Notes: a model not told the origin generated them from the letters alone. DNA of 64,000 nucleotides from an uncultured Alphaproteobacteria bacterium (GCA_947259335.1 CAMYMQ010000437.1:12617-76616); one strand, 5' to 3'. Numbered from the stretch's first letter, positions 19,783 to 29,013 are shown. Numbers and translations are program-made.

Positions 19783-20724
19783 ATGACCGATACGCTGCGC
19801 GCGCGGCTGGGACGTTTGCGCATCCCCGCCTTCGCCGCCCCCATGTTTCTCGTTTCGGGCCCGGATCTCGTCGTCGCCGCGTGCCGATCGGGGGTCGTCG
19901 GGTCGTTCCCCGCCCCCAACGCGCGGACGACCGAAATCCTCGACGACTGGCTCGGCGAGATCACCTCGCGCCTGGAAGAGCCATCTGCAACCGGCGTCGA
20001 ACAGGCGCCCTGGGCGGTCAACATGGTCGTCCACAGCACCACACAGCGGATGCCCTACGACCTGGAAGTGGTCGTCAAATACAAGGCACCGATCGTCATC
20101 ACGGCGTTGGGCAGCCCCGCCCGCGTGGTCGACGAGATCCACGCCTATGGCGGGCTCGTGTTCGCCGATGTGAACAGCGTCGGCTACGCCAGGAAGGCGG
20201 TCGACGCCGGGGTCGACGGGCTCGTCCTGGTCTGCTCCGGGGCCGGCGGCCATACGGGACAGTTGTGCAACTTCGCCTTCGTCGACGAAGTCCGCCGGTT
20301 CTGGGACGGCTATATCGCACTGGGCGGCGGCATCTCGACCGGCCGCGCCATCCGCGCCGCTGAGGTCATGGGCGCGGACTTCGCCTATATCGGCACCCGC
20401 TTCATCGCGACCGAGGAAAGCATGGCCAAGCAGGCCTATCGCGACATGCTGGCCGACTGCTCGGCCGAGGACCTGATGGTCTCCAAGGCCTTCACGGGCG
20501 CCAATGCCAGCATGCTCGTGCCGAGCATCGTCAACCAGGGGCTCGACCCGGTGGAGCTTGCCAACAAGAAGGCCAAGATGAACTTCACCGGCCAGGAAGG
20601 CATGGAGGTGAAACCCTGGAAGGGGATCTGGACAGCCGGACAGGGTGTCGGCTCGATCGACGGCACCTCGACCGTCGAGGACCTCGTCGTGACGCTGAAG
20701 CGCGAGTATGATGCGGCCCGATAG
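19783..20724 (+). CDS. Nitronate monooxygenase / 2-nitropropane dioxygenase-like FMN protein (NMO)
   Basis: RIPAFAAPMFLVSG and GADFAYIGTRFIATEES motifs. ATG 19783 (AGGAACGGAC upstream) is preferred over ATG 19762. Confidence 0.85.
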   Translation: MTDTLRARLGRLRIPAFAAPMFLVSGPDLVVAACRSGVVGSFPAPNARTTEILDDWLGEITSRLEEPSATGVEQAPWAVNMVVHSTTQRMPYDLEVVVKYKAPIVITALGSPARVVDEIHAYGGLVFADVNSVGYARKAVDAGVDGLVLVCSGAGGHTGQLCNFAFVDEVRRFWDGYIALGGGISTGRAIRAAEVMGADFAYIGTRFIATEESMAKQAYRDMLADCSAEDLMVSKAFTGANASMLVPSIVNQGLDPVELANKKAKMNFTGQEGMEVKPWKGIWTAGQGVGSIDGTSTVEDLVVTLKREYDAAR

Positions 20725-20759
20725 GTCCGCCACCCGGGCCCGATGCAGCGGCCGGTGAC

Positions 20760-22484
20760 ATGACGCCCTTCCCGCCCGAACACATCCGCAGACATGTCGA
20801 CGCCGGCGCCTGGGGCACGGACACGCTCTGGGATCTGTTCCGGCGCAACGCGGCTGCCGAGCCCGAGCAACTGGCCCTGGTCGACGACCCGCGCAAGGCC
20901 GAAGACTGTTCGATCGCCGGCCTCTGCCGGCTGAGCTACCGCGAGCTCGAACGCGAAACCCTCGCCACGGCGGCGGCCCTGCACGGGCAAGGACTGCGAA
21001 AAGGCGATATCGTCATTGTCCAGATGCCCAACGTGGCGGAGCTGATCATCCTCTACATCGCGGCGGCGCGGCTCGGCCTGATCGTCTCGCCGCTGCCGGT
21101 CCAGTACCGCGAAAAGGAGATCGCCGACGCCCTCGAGACGGTCCGACCGGCGGCCGTCGTCACCGTCGGGCGGTATCGCGGCTATTCCCACGAACACCTC
21201 TGGCGCGGGCTGCCCGGCGCGCGCGGCCTGCCCCTGCACGTCTGGGGGCGCGAAGACGCGGACGACGGCGAGGGGCTGGAACGGCTGATCGGGGCGGCCG
21301 ACCCGGATGCCTTGCCGGCGCCGGCCGCCAGGGCCGACGACCTGTTCACGATCTGCTGGACGTCGGGCACCGAGGCCCAGGCGAAGGCCGTGCCCCGGAC
21401 CCACAACAACTGGATGGCCACCGGCAAGGGCATCTGCGACGGCGCGTCGATGAAACCGGGAGACCGGCTGCTCAACCCGTTCCCCGCGATCAACGTCGCC
21501 TCGATCGGCGGGCTCGTGATGACCTGGCTGCTCACTGGCGGGCGGCTGGTCCTTCACATGCCATTCGATCTCAAGGTCTTCCTGCGCCAGATCGCCGAGG
21601 AGAAGATCACCTATTCGGTCGTTGCTCCGGCGCTGCTGGCGCGGCTGCTGAAGGACGAGACGCTCGATCCCGCCGACCTCGCCTCGCTGCGGTCGCTGGG
21701 CACCGGATCGGCGCCCCCCGATCCGGCGACCATGGCGGCCTTTCAGGAGCGGTTCGGCATCGCGATCACCAATTTCTTCGGGTCCAACGAAGGTATCTCG
21801 CTGTGCGCGAGCGATTGGGACATTCCGGACCCGGTCCGCCGCGCGGCCTTCTTTCCCAGGGCCGGCCGGCCGGAATACCAATGGCGCAACCGGGTCTCCA
21901 ACTGGAGCCGGACCCGGTTGATCGACGCGGCCACGGGCGAGGAGATCACCGAGCCCGGCCGGCCTGGCGAGATGGCGATCTCCGGGCCGACCGTGTTCCC
22001 CGGCTACTATCGCGACGGCGCGCTCGACCGGAGTTGTTTCACCGCGGACGGATACCTGCTGACCGGCGACCTGTTCGAGATCGCCGAGGAAGACGGCGAC
22101 CCGCGCTACTATCGTTTCGTCGGCCGCAAGAAGGAGATCATCATCCGGGGCGGCATGAACATCTCGCCGGTCGAGGTCGAATCCCTGCTCGCGACCCATC
22201 CGGACCTGATCGAGGCCGCCGTCGCCGGCCTGCCCGACCCGGAGCTGGGCGAACGCGTCGGCGCCTTCGTCGTCCCTCGCGGCGGCGCGGCCCCCACGGT
22301 CGCCGATCTTTCCGCCTTCCTCTCGGAAAGTGGCCTCGCGCGGTACAAGCACCCCGAACGGGTGGTGACGCTCGACGCCCTCCCCCGCAGCCCCTTCGCC
22401 AAGGTGCTTCGCCGGGAACTGCAACGGCTGGCCGGCCCGACACCGCCGCGTGAAAAGACCGTTGGCAAGGCGAGCGCGGCATGA
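20760..22484 (+). CDS. AMP-dependent acyl-CoA synthetase/ligase
   Basis: 574 aa. AMP-binding core TICWTSGTEAQAKAV, with YLLTGDL and GRKKEIIIRGGMNISPVEVE motifs. Confidence 0.9.
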   Translation: MTPFPPEHIRRHVDAGAWGTDTLWDLFRRNAAAEPEQLALVDDPRKAEDCSIAGLCRLSYRELERETLATAAALHGQGLRKGDIVIVQMPNVAELIILYIAAARLGLIVSPLPVQYREKEIADALETVRPAAVVTVGRYRGYSHEHLWRGLPGARGLPLHVWGREDADDGEGLERLIGAADPDALPAPAARADDLFTICWTSGTEAQAKAVPRTHNNWMATGKGICDGASMKPGDRLLNPFPAINVASIGGLVMTWLLTGGRLVLHMPFDLKVFLRQIAEEKITYSVVAPALLARLLKDETLDPADLASLRSLGTGSAPPDPATMAAFQERFGIAITNFFGSNEGISLCASDWDIPDPVRRAAFFPRAGRPEYQWRNRVSNWSRTRLIDAATGEEITEPGRPGEMAISGPTVFPGYYRDGALDRSCFTADGYLLTGDLFEIAEEDGDPRYYRFVGRKKEIIIRGGMNISPVEVESLLATHPDLIEAAVAGLPDPELGERVGAFVVPRGGAAPTVADLSAFLSESGLARYKHPERVVTLDALPRSPFAKVLRRELQRLAGPTPPREKTVGKASAA

Positions 22485-23185
22485 GCCCGTCGCTGTCTCT
22501 CGTGCTGCTCCCGGGCGTCCTGTGCGACGCGGCGACATGGCGCCCCGTCGTCGATCGGCTGGACGATACCGACTGGCACGTACCCGCCTATCCGGCGGCC
22601 GACGCCCTTGGCGACATCGCGGACGCGGTGCTGGCCACCGCCCCGGATCGCTTCGATCTCGCCGGCCACTCGATGGGGGGCTATATCGCCCTGGAGATCG
22701 TTCGAAGGGCGCCCGACCGCGTCGCGCGCCTCGCCCTGTTGTCGACCTCGCCCTTCGCCGACAGCGACGAGGCCCGGGCGGGCCGCCTGGCCCTGGTCGA
22801 CAAGGTCGCGGCAGGGGGCTTCGAGGACATCGCCCAGATGATGGCCCGCTTCGTGATCCCCAAGACGGTGGAGAATGCGGCGGCCCTGCGCGAGGAATTC
22901 GTCGCCGTCGCGCGCGGCACTGGCGAAGAGGCCTTCATGCGGCACCAGCGGGCCGTCGCCGCCCGCCGGGACCAGACCGATACGCTGGGTGCGATCGCCT
23001 GCCCGTGCCTGCTGATCGGGGCCGAGGACGACAAGGTCACGCCGATCGCGGGCCTCGAGGCGCTCGCCGACGGCATTGCCGATGCCGAGACGGTGCGCCT
23101 CGCATCCGGCGGGCATCTGCTGACCTGGACCCGGCCCGACCAGGTGGCGACCGCCCTGGCATCCTGGCGCGACCGGCCGGACTGA
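22481..23185 (+). CDS. Alpha/beta hydrolase
   Basis: 234 aa. Nucleophile elbow LAGHSMGGYIA. ATG overlaps the ligase stop (ATGA). Confidence 0.85.
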   Translation: MSPSLSLVLLPGVLCDAATWRPVVDRLDDTDWHVPAYPAADALGDIADAVLATAPDRFDLAGHSMGGYIALEIVRRAPDRVARLALLSTSPFADSDEARAGRLALVDKVAAGGFEDIAQMMARFVIPKTVENAAALREEFVAVARGTGEEAFMRHQRAVAARRDQTDTLGAIACPCLLIGAEDDKVTPIAGLEALADGIADAETVRLASGGHLLTWTRPDQVATALASWRDRPD

Positions 23186-23253
23186 CCGCACGGATTGACC
23201 CACCCCCGCCGATCCGCCCGGTAGCGCCTGAGGCAGCGCCGGGGCTTGCCGTC

Positions 23254-24807
23254 TCAAGCGGACCAGAGCTGTTCGCCGGGCACCCAGGTCGAGTGAAAGC
23301 CTTCCGGTATCCTGCGCGGAAGAGCCACGCGCGCGATCGGCCCGCGTTCGATGTCGCGGGCGTCGAAGATCAGGCCTTCCGATTTCCAGGTGTTGGTGTC
23401 GACCGTGAAGGTGACGACATAGCCGTCGTCCTCGGGGTCGTCGGGGGTCGCACCCACGCGCGGCGCGAACGGCGCCTCGTTGCCCAGAACGCCCTCGCCA
23501 TAGTCCCAGATCTGCCGGGCGCCCGTTTCGGTGTCGTACTTCACGAGCGCGTCGAACACTTGGCAGCGGCCCTCGACCGATCCCTCGCGCGGCAACGGGA
23601 TATACTGGTTGTAGGAATAGCGCGACTTGCGTCCCAGATAGAGCTGGTTCGTCATCGGGAACTCGGTGTTCAGGTCGTCGAGCTGCTCCTCGCGCGTCTC
23701 GCCGGTTCGCAGATTGAAGCGCCACCGGTGGAGGACGTGGACCCGCCGGCGGTAGGCGAGCATCGCCCCGAGCGGACCGTCCTCGGGATCGGGCGCGATC
23801 TCCGGATCGGGCTGGCGGCACCCGTCCATGACCACCCAATCGCCCTCTTCCCAGCAATTGAGGATGTGGAGGATGTAGCAGGGCTCGGCCTCGAACCAGC
23901 GGATCTCGTCGGCAGCGCCGCGCCGCGGCAGGATCCCGAAGCGGGCCGGAAGCTCGCGGTGGAACCGCAGGACGCGCCGGTTGTGCTTGTGCAGCAGGTC
24001 CACGTCATGGAACAGGGGCAGATCGTGCAGGATCACATAGTTCGTCGTGACGCCGAGATCGTGGGGAGACCGCGGCCCTGGCACCTCGACCGGAACTTCA
24101 TGCAAGAGCTGGCCGGAAGCGTCCGCGATCCCGAAGCTCATGTAGGGCGCTTCGTTCCCGTAGTTGAAGAACAGGAGCTCGCCGGTCGCCGGGTCAACCT
24201 TGGAATGGGCGGACAGCGCGTGCCTGAGGCGGCCGCCGAAATCCTCCGCCCCCATCGTCTCCAGCGTGTCGGGATCGATCCGGTAGGGCACGCCGGCCAT
24301 ATACCAGAGGGACAGCAGCTTGCCGTTGTAGAAAATGACGTCCGTATTGGAGTTGTCCTTGATCGGCGAGTGGGGCAGCGAAAAATCGTACGGCCCGGCA
24401 AGACCCGGCCAGACATTTCGGCCCTGTTCGGTTTCGGCGTCATAAGCGTAGGTATGCACCCATTTGCACGCATATGACGCCTTGCCGTCCCGGATGTAGA
24501 GGGCATGCAGCATCCCGTCGCCATCATAATAGTGATAGCGAAAGTTCGGCTTGTACCGCTGGTTCGGCATGTTGAGCACATAGGCGCCGGACAGGTCCGA
24601 CGGCAGTTCGCCCGTGACCGGCAGGTCGTCGACCCGCATCTCGGTGGTGACCGGGGCGAAGGGGCCGTGGAGATAGGGATGATCGACCTCCCAGATCCAG
24701 TCCGGCGCATCCGTCGGCGGCGTGCCGTCGGGCGCCGTCAGCGCCACGTTTCGGCGCGCCAGCGGCAGGTCTTCCGTTTCAACTGCGGACCGGGGCACTG
24801 CGGTCAT
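23254..24807 (-). CDS. Carotenoid cleavage oxygenase family protein (lignostilbene-alpha,beta-dioxygenase-like)
   Basis: About 517 aa. HPYLHGPFAPV...LPVTGELPSDLSGAYVLN and a family-typical beta-propeller sequence. ATG 24807 (GGAAAGG upstream) is preferred over TTG 24843. Confidence 0.9.
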   Translation of the reverse strand: MTAVPRSAVETEDLPLARRNVALTAPDGTPPTDAPDWIWEVDHPYLHGPFAPVTTEMRVDDLPVTGELPSDLSGAYVLNMPNQRYKPNFRYHYYDGDGMLHALYIRDGKASYACKWVHTYAYDAETEQGRNVWPGLAGPYDFSLPHSPIKDNSNTDVIFYNGKLLSLWYMAGVPYRIDPDTLETMGAEDFGGRLRHALSAHSKVDPATGELLFFNYGNEAPYMSFGIADASGQLLHEVPVEVPGPRSPHDLGVTTNYVILHDLPLFHDVDLLHKHNRRVLRFHRELPARFGILPRRGAADEIRWFEAEPCYILHILNCWEEGDWVVMDGCRQPDPEIAPDPEDGPLGAMLAYRRRVHVLHRWRFNLRTGETREEQLDDLNTEFPMTNQLYLGRKSRYSYNQYIPLPREGSVEGRCQVFDALVKYDTETGARQIWDYGEGVLGNEAPFAPRVGATPDDPEDDGYVVTFTVDTNTWKSEGLIFDARDIERGPIARVALPRRIPEGFHSTWVPGEQLWSA

Positions 24808-24838
24808 GGTGACGGCCTTTCCATGCGATGGCGTGACA

Positions 24839-24860
24839 CTCAACTTTCACAACTAGACTT
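24839..24860 (-). promoter_or_regulatory. Conserved 22-nt upstream motif, copy C
   Basis: The reverse strand reads AAGTCTAGTTGTGAAAGTTGAG, ending 31 nt before ATG 24807. Confidence 0.5.
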
Positions 24861-25071
24861 TAAGGGCAATGCGGCATCCTAGCAACCGTTCCTCTCGATT
24901 TCGGCCTTGTTTGTAGCCATTTCCCCGTTCGCGGTTGGATCGGGACCGCCCCCCTTAGTATCTCAGCGGACAACCGGGCCGTAGAACCTCATATCTGCGC
25001 AGAAAACTTGCATAACGGAACCCAATCGCCATACAGTTCCCCTCAGAAAAACCAGTTTGGGAGGAAGTGCA

Positions 25072-26079
25072 ATGAAACGGATTATCGGGCCGAGCCTGGC
25101 GGCCGCAGCGATCCTGGGGGCGACCCTCGGCACGGCGCAGGCCGAGGCCAAGGTGCTGCGGTTCGGCGTGTTCTTCAGCCAGCGCGCCAACGTCGTCCAG
25201 AAGGTCCTCATTCCCTGGGCGAAGTGGTTCGAGAAGGAATCGGGCGGCACGGCGCAGGTGAAATTCTTCTTCGGCGGATCGCTGGGCCGGAACCCGAGGG
25301 CGCAGTACAAGCTGGTCCAGGGCAAGGTCATGGACATCGGCTTCGTCGTCCCCAGCTACACGCCGGGCACGTTCCCCGACCTCTCCATTCTCCAGGCGCC
25401 GAACATGGCGCGCGACGCCATCGAGGGCTCCCAGTCGGCCTGGCGCCTCTATGAAAAGGGCCTGCTTCGCGGTCTCGACAAGATCCAGGTGGTCGGCATC
25501 TTCACGACCGGCGCCTATTCGGTGCATACCACCGTTCCCGTGAAGTCGGTGGCGGACCTGAAGGGGCTGAAGCTGCGGTCGGGCGGCAGCGTGCAGAACG
25601 AGATCGTCAAGGCGATGGGCGCCGTGCCGGTGGGCATGCCGCCGACCCGCGTCGCTGAAAACATCACCCGCGGACTGCTGAAGGGCTCCGTGTCCGAGTG
25701 GAACGCGGCGAAAACCTTCAAGATCCTCGAGGTCACCAAGCATCACTTCATCACGTCATGGGGCGTGTTGCCGCTGATCATCGCGATGAACAAGGACGCC
25801 TATGCCGGGCTGGACGCCAAGGCCAAGGCCGCGGTGGCCAAGAGCGGCGCGATCATGGCCGACCTCCAGGGCAAGGCCTCGGACGAGGCGACCAACCAGG
25901 CGATCGCCAAGATCAAGGCGGACTCCGAGCAGACCCTGACCAACGCCAGCGACGCGGACGTGGCCGCGATGAACAAGGCCTTCGAGCCGATCCTCGCCGG
26001 CATCAAGAAACGCGCCGGCGACAAGCTCTGGTCGGAGTATGTCAAGGTCCTCCAGGACATCCGCGCCAGCCGCAAATAG
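25072..26079 (+). CDS. TRAP transporter substrate-binding protein (DctP family)
   Basis: ATG 25072 after GGGAGGAAG. Signal peptide MKRIIGPSLAAAAILGATLGTAQA. DctP-like sequence. Confidence 0.9.
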   Translation: MKRIIGPSLAAAAILGATLGTAQAEAKVLRFGVFFSQRANVVQKVLIPWAKWFEKESGGTAQVKFFFGGSLGRNPRAQYKLVQGKVMDIGFVVPSYTPGTFPDLSILQAPNMARDAIEGSQSAWRLYEKGLLRGLDKIQVVGIFTTGAYSVHTTVPVKSVADLKGLKLRSGGSVQNEIVKAMGAVPVGMPPTRVAENITRGLLKGSVSEWNAAKTFKILEVTKHHFITSWGVLPLIIAMNKDAYAGLDAKAKAAVAKSGAIMADLQGKASDEATNQAIAKIKADSEQTLTNASDADVAAMNKAFEPILAGIKKRAGDKLWSEYVKVLQDIRASRK

Positions 26080-26089
26080 CGTACCCTTG

Positions 26090-26115
26090 CCGGCCCGCGC
26101 AGTAGCGCGGGCCGG
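26090..26115 (+). terminator. Strong GC hairpin between dctP-like and dctQ-like genes (attenuator or partial terminator)
   Basis: CCGGCCCGCGC-AGTA-GCGCGGGCCGG, a perfect 11-bp stem followed by ATTTCCCTT (weak U tract). Confidence 0.5.
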
Positions 26116-26159
26116 ATTTCCCTTGCCCCGTCAAGACCCAGCGTGAGCAGCTTCCACCC

Positions 26160-26660
26160 GTGAAGTCGAGCGCCCTCTATTTCACCCGCATTGCCGGCAT
26201 CGTCTCGATGGCGGGGCTGTTCCTGATCGCCCTGCTGACGGTGGTCGACGTCGGCCTCCGCTGGCTGTTCGGCGCCCCGATCGAGGGACAGGCCGACATC
26301 GCCGAGGCGCTGCTGCCGATCGTGATCGCGGCGACCTTCGTGTCGGCGGCCTGGGGCCGGCCCCATGTCGGCATCCGCTTCGCCGGGGCGGTGCTCGGGC
26401 CGACCGTGCGCCGGATCCTGGACGTCCTGTCCGATCTCTCGATCGCGGTCTTCCTGGCACTGGTCGTCATGCAGTTCTGGCGCTACGCGGGCGAAATCGC
26501 CGAGGAGAACCGGCAGACCTGGGTCCTGCAGATCCCGCTCTACCCCTTCTGGTACGCGACCGCCGTGCTGCTCGGCCTTACCGCGGCCATCCAGCTCCTG
26601 AACGTCATCGCCAACGCACGGTCACCCGGCGACGCCCAGGTGCGGGATCTCTCCACATGA
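26160..26660 (+). CDS. TRAP transporter small permease (DctQ family)
   Basis: 166 aa, four hydrophobic segments, located between the DctP- and DctM-type genes. GTG start uncertain. Confidence 0.85.
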   Translation: MKSSALYFTRIAGIVSMAGLFLIALLTVVDVGLRWLFGAPIEGQADIAEALLPIVIAATFVSAAWGRPHVGIRFAGAVLGPTVRRILDVLSDLSIAVFLALVVMQFWRYAGEIAEENRQTWVLQIPLYPFWYATAVLLGLTAAIQLLNVIANARSPGDAQVRDLST

Positions 26661-26714
26661 GGCGGGCCGGCGGGAACCGTCTCGTCTTCCCCATCGCCGG
26701 CCGGGGCTCGATCC

Positions 26715-28031
26715 ATGGGTCTTGAAGCCCCCCTGATCGGTGCGATCCTGTTCGCACTGCTGATCCTTCTCATCCTGTTTCATTTTCCCATCGGGATCGC
26801 CCTCGGCGCGACCGGCGTGATCGGGGTCGGCGTTCTGGCTGGCTGGGCGCCGGCGATGCAGTTGCTGGCGACCGAGCCGGCCGGCGCCCTCAGCAACAAG
26901 GAACTGGCGCTCCTGCCCCTGTTCATCCTGATGGGGACGTTCGCGGGCGCGGCGGGGCTGTCCGCCGACCTCTATCGCCTTATCAACTCGTTCATGGGGC
27001 ATTTTCGCGGCGGCCTCACCTTCGCGACGATCGGCGCCTGCGCCGGGTTCGGCGCGGTCTGCGGTTCGTCGCTGGCGACGGCGGCGACCATGTCCCGGGT
27101 CGCGCTTCCCGAGATGACCAGTCGGGGTTACGAGCCGGGCCTGGCGGCCGGCTCGATTGCGGCGGGCGGCACGCTCGGCATGCTCATCCCGCCGTCCATC
27201 GTCATGGTGGTCTACGGCTTTCTGACCGACCAGTTCATCCTGACCCTGTTCGCGGCGGCCCTGGTGCCCGGGCTGATCGCGGTTCTGTTCCACTTTGTTT
27301 CGATCGGAATCCTGGTCCGGCTTAGGCCGGACGTCGCGCCCGCTGGCGTTCGCGTACCCTGGCGGCAGCGCTTCGGCGAACTGTGGGCCACCAAGGCCGT
27401 CGTGACCCTCGTGATCCTGGTCGCCGGCGGCATCTATTCGGGGATCTTCACGGTCAACGAATCGGCGGCGATCGGCACTGTCTTCACCTTCGCCATCTGG
27501 GCGGTCCGGTCGCGCTTCGACGTAAAGGCGCTCTGGCAGGTTCTGTTCGAGGCTGGGTCGACGACGGCGGTCATCTATCTGGTGATCGTCGGCGCCCAGA
27601 TATTCACCTACGCGCTGACCCTGTCGGAACTGCCCGAAGTGCTGGTGCAGTGGATCGGCTCGCTCGACGTCAGGCCCCTGGTCGTCGTCTTCCTGTTCCT
27701 GGCCATGTACATCGTGCTCGGGTCGATCTTCGAGACCATCTCCGCGATGGTCATCACCCTGCCCTTCGTGTTTCCGATCATCATCAAGCTTGGCCTCGAC
27801 CCGATCTGGTGGGGCGTGGTCAACGTGATGGTGATCGAGATCGGCATGATCACGCCGCCGATCGGGCTCAACGTGTTCGTGCTCCACAAGATGGCGCCGA
27901 CCGTGCCGCTCCGGTCGATCTTTCGCGGGACACTGCCCTTCCTCGGCGCCGACATCGTCCGGCTGATCCTGCTCGCAACCATCCCGGCGATCACCCTGTG
28001 GCTGCCGAAGACGCTGGGCCTGATCAAGTAG
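26715..28031 (+). CDS. TRAP transporter large permease (DctM family)
   Basis: 438-aa polytopic membrane protein with DctM-like sequence. Confidence 0.9.
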   Translation: MGLEAPLIGAILFALLILLILFHFPIGIALGATGVIGVGVLAGWAPAMQLLATEPAGALSNKELALLPLFILMGTFAGAAGLSADLYRLINSFMGHFRGGLTFATIGACAGFGAVCGSSLATAATMSRVALPEMTSRGYEPGLAAGSIAAGGTLGMLIPPSIVMVVYGFLTDQFILTLFAAALVPGLIAVLFHFVSIGILVRLRPDVAPAGVRVPWRQRFGELWATKAVVTLVILVAGGIYSGIFTVNESAAIGTVFTFAIWAVRSRFDVKALWQVLFEAGSTTAVIYLVIVGAQIFTYALTLSELPEVLVQWIGSLDVRPLVVVFLFLAMYIVLGSIFETISAMVITLPFVFPIIIKLGLDPIWWGVVNVMVIEIGMITPPIGLNVFVLHKMAPTVPLRSIFRGTLPFLGADIVRLILLATIPAITLWLPKTLGLIK

Positions 28032-29013
28032 CGTCGGGGTCCGGCGCCTGCTGGAACCTGACATCCGACAGCCGCACGGGTTCGCCGCAGCACCGGCCGG
28101 TCACCTGCGGCACCAGACGATGGCCGCACAGCCTGTGCCGCCAGTGCGGCAGCGCGACGCCCTCGGGCCTCAGCCACTTGTCGCTCCATTCCGAAATCGA
28201 CAGGAACAGCGGCAGCAGCTCCCGGCTCATGCGGGTCAGGCCATAGTCATAGGCCCGGGAGTCGGCGTTGTAGGTCGGCTCGGCGAGCAGCCCCACCTCG
28301 ACGCAGATCTTCAGGCGGTGCGACAGGATGTTGGTCGAGATGCCCAAGACCGACACCATGGCGTCGAACGACCGGATGCCGAGCAGCACACCGGCCAGGA
28401 TCAGGTTGCTCCAGCGGTCGCCGATGACGTAGGTGCCCTTGAGCAGGTTCTGGCTCGTCGTGCCCTCCCGCCGGGTCTCGAGCGCGGCCCAGCGCCGTCC
28501 CCGGCCCGTCAGCTGGGGCGCCTCGACCAGCCCCGGCCCCGCTTCGACCGAGATATCGGCCAGCTCGAGCGGACTGCGGCATTCGGCGCACACCATCTGC
28601 GGGACCAGGAAATAACCGCAGCTGCGGTGGCGCAGGATCCGCGGCAACAGGCTGTGCGAGCCGGCCCAGCGGTTCTGCCACACCCAGATCATCAGCGCGA
28701 AGTCGGCGAGCTCGCGGCCCTTCTCGGTCAGGCGATACTCGTAGCGCGCCGGCCGGTCCTGATAGGCGACCTTGACCAGGATGCCGTGGCGCCCGAACGT
28801 CTGCAGCCGGTTGCTCAGGGTCTGGCGCGTGATCCCCAGATTCTTCTGGAAGTCCTCGAAGCGCGTGACGCCGAGATAGACGTCGCGCAACAGCAGGACT
28901 GACCACGGATCGCCGAAGATGTCGATGAAACGGGAGATCGACGACAGGACCACCAGGCTGGCCGCCTGGTCGGGCGCCGTCTTCGGATGTCTGGACACTG
29001 ATTGCACGTTCAT
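28024..29013 (-). CDS. Tandem (duplicated) HxlR-type winged-helix transcriptional regulator
   Basis: 329 aa. Two HxlR-like repeats (DPWSVLLLRDVYLGVTRFEDFQKNLGITRQTLSNRLQ...YEYRLTEKG and DRWSNLILAGVLLGIRSFDAMVSVLGISTNILSHRLK...YDYGLTRMS). Each repeat is followed by a HRxCG..LVPQ...C..C tail. Confidence 0.85.
   Translation of the reverse strand: MNVQSVSRHPKTAPDQAASLVVLSSISRFIDIFGDPWSVLLLRDVYLGVTRFEDFQKNLGITRQTLSNRLQTFGRHGILVKVAYQDRPARYEYRLTEKGRELADFALMIWVWQNRWAGSHSLLPRILRHRSCGYFLVPQMVCAECRSPLELADISVEAGPGLVEAPQLTGRGRRWAALETRREGTTSQNLLKGTYVIGDRWSNLILAGVLLGIRSFDAMVSVLGISTNILSHRLKICVEVGLLAEPTYNADSRAYDYGLTRMSRELLPLFLSISEWSDKWLRPEGVALPHWRHRLCGHRLVPQVTGRCCGEPVRLSDVRFQQAPDPDAT

Noticed and set aside
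20436-22538. Very long ORFs antisense to, or out of frame with, annotated genes. Examples: 20436-22538 (-) 700 aa, 1892-3451 (-), 22109-23857 (-), 26622-28064 (-), 30403-32025 (-), 22450-24477 (+).
   Set aside because: Their products are Arg/Pro/Gly/Ala-rich low-complexity strings with no recognisable motifs. They lie opposite or out of frame to genes with clear family signatures. These are typical shadow ORFs of high-GC DNA.
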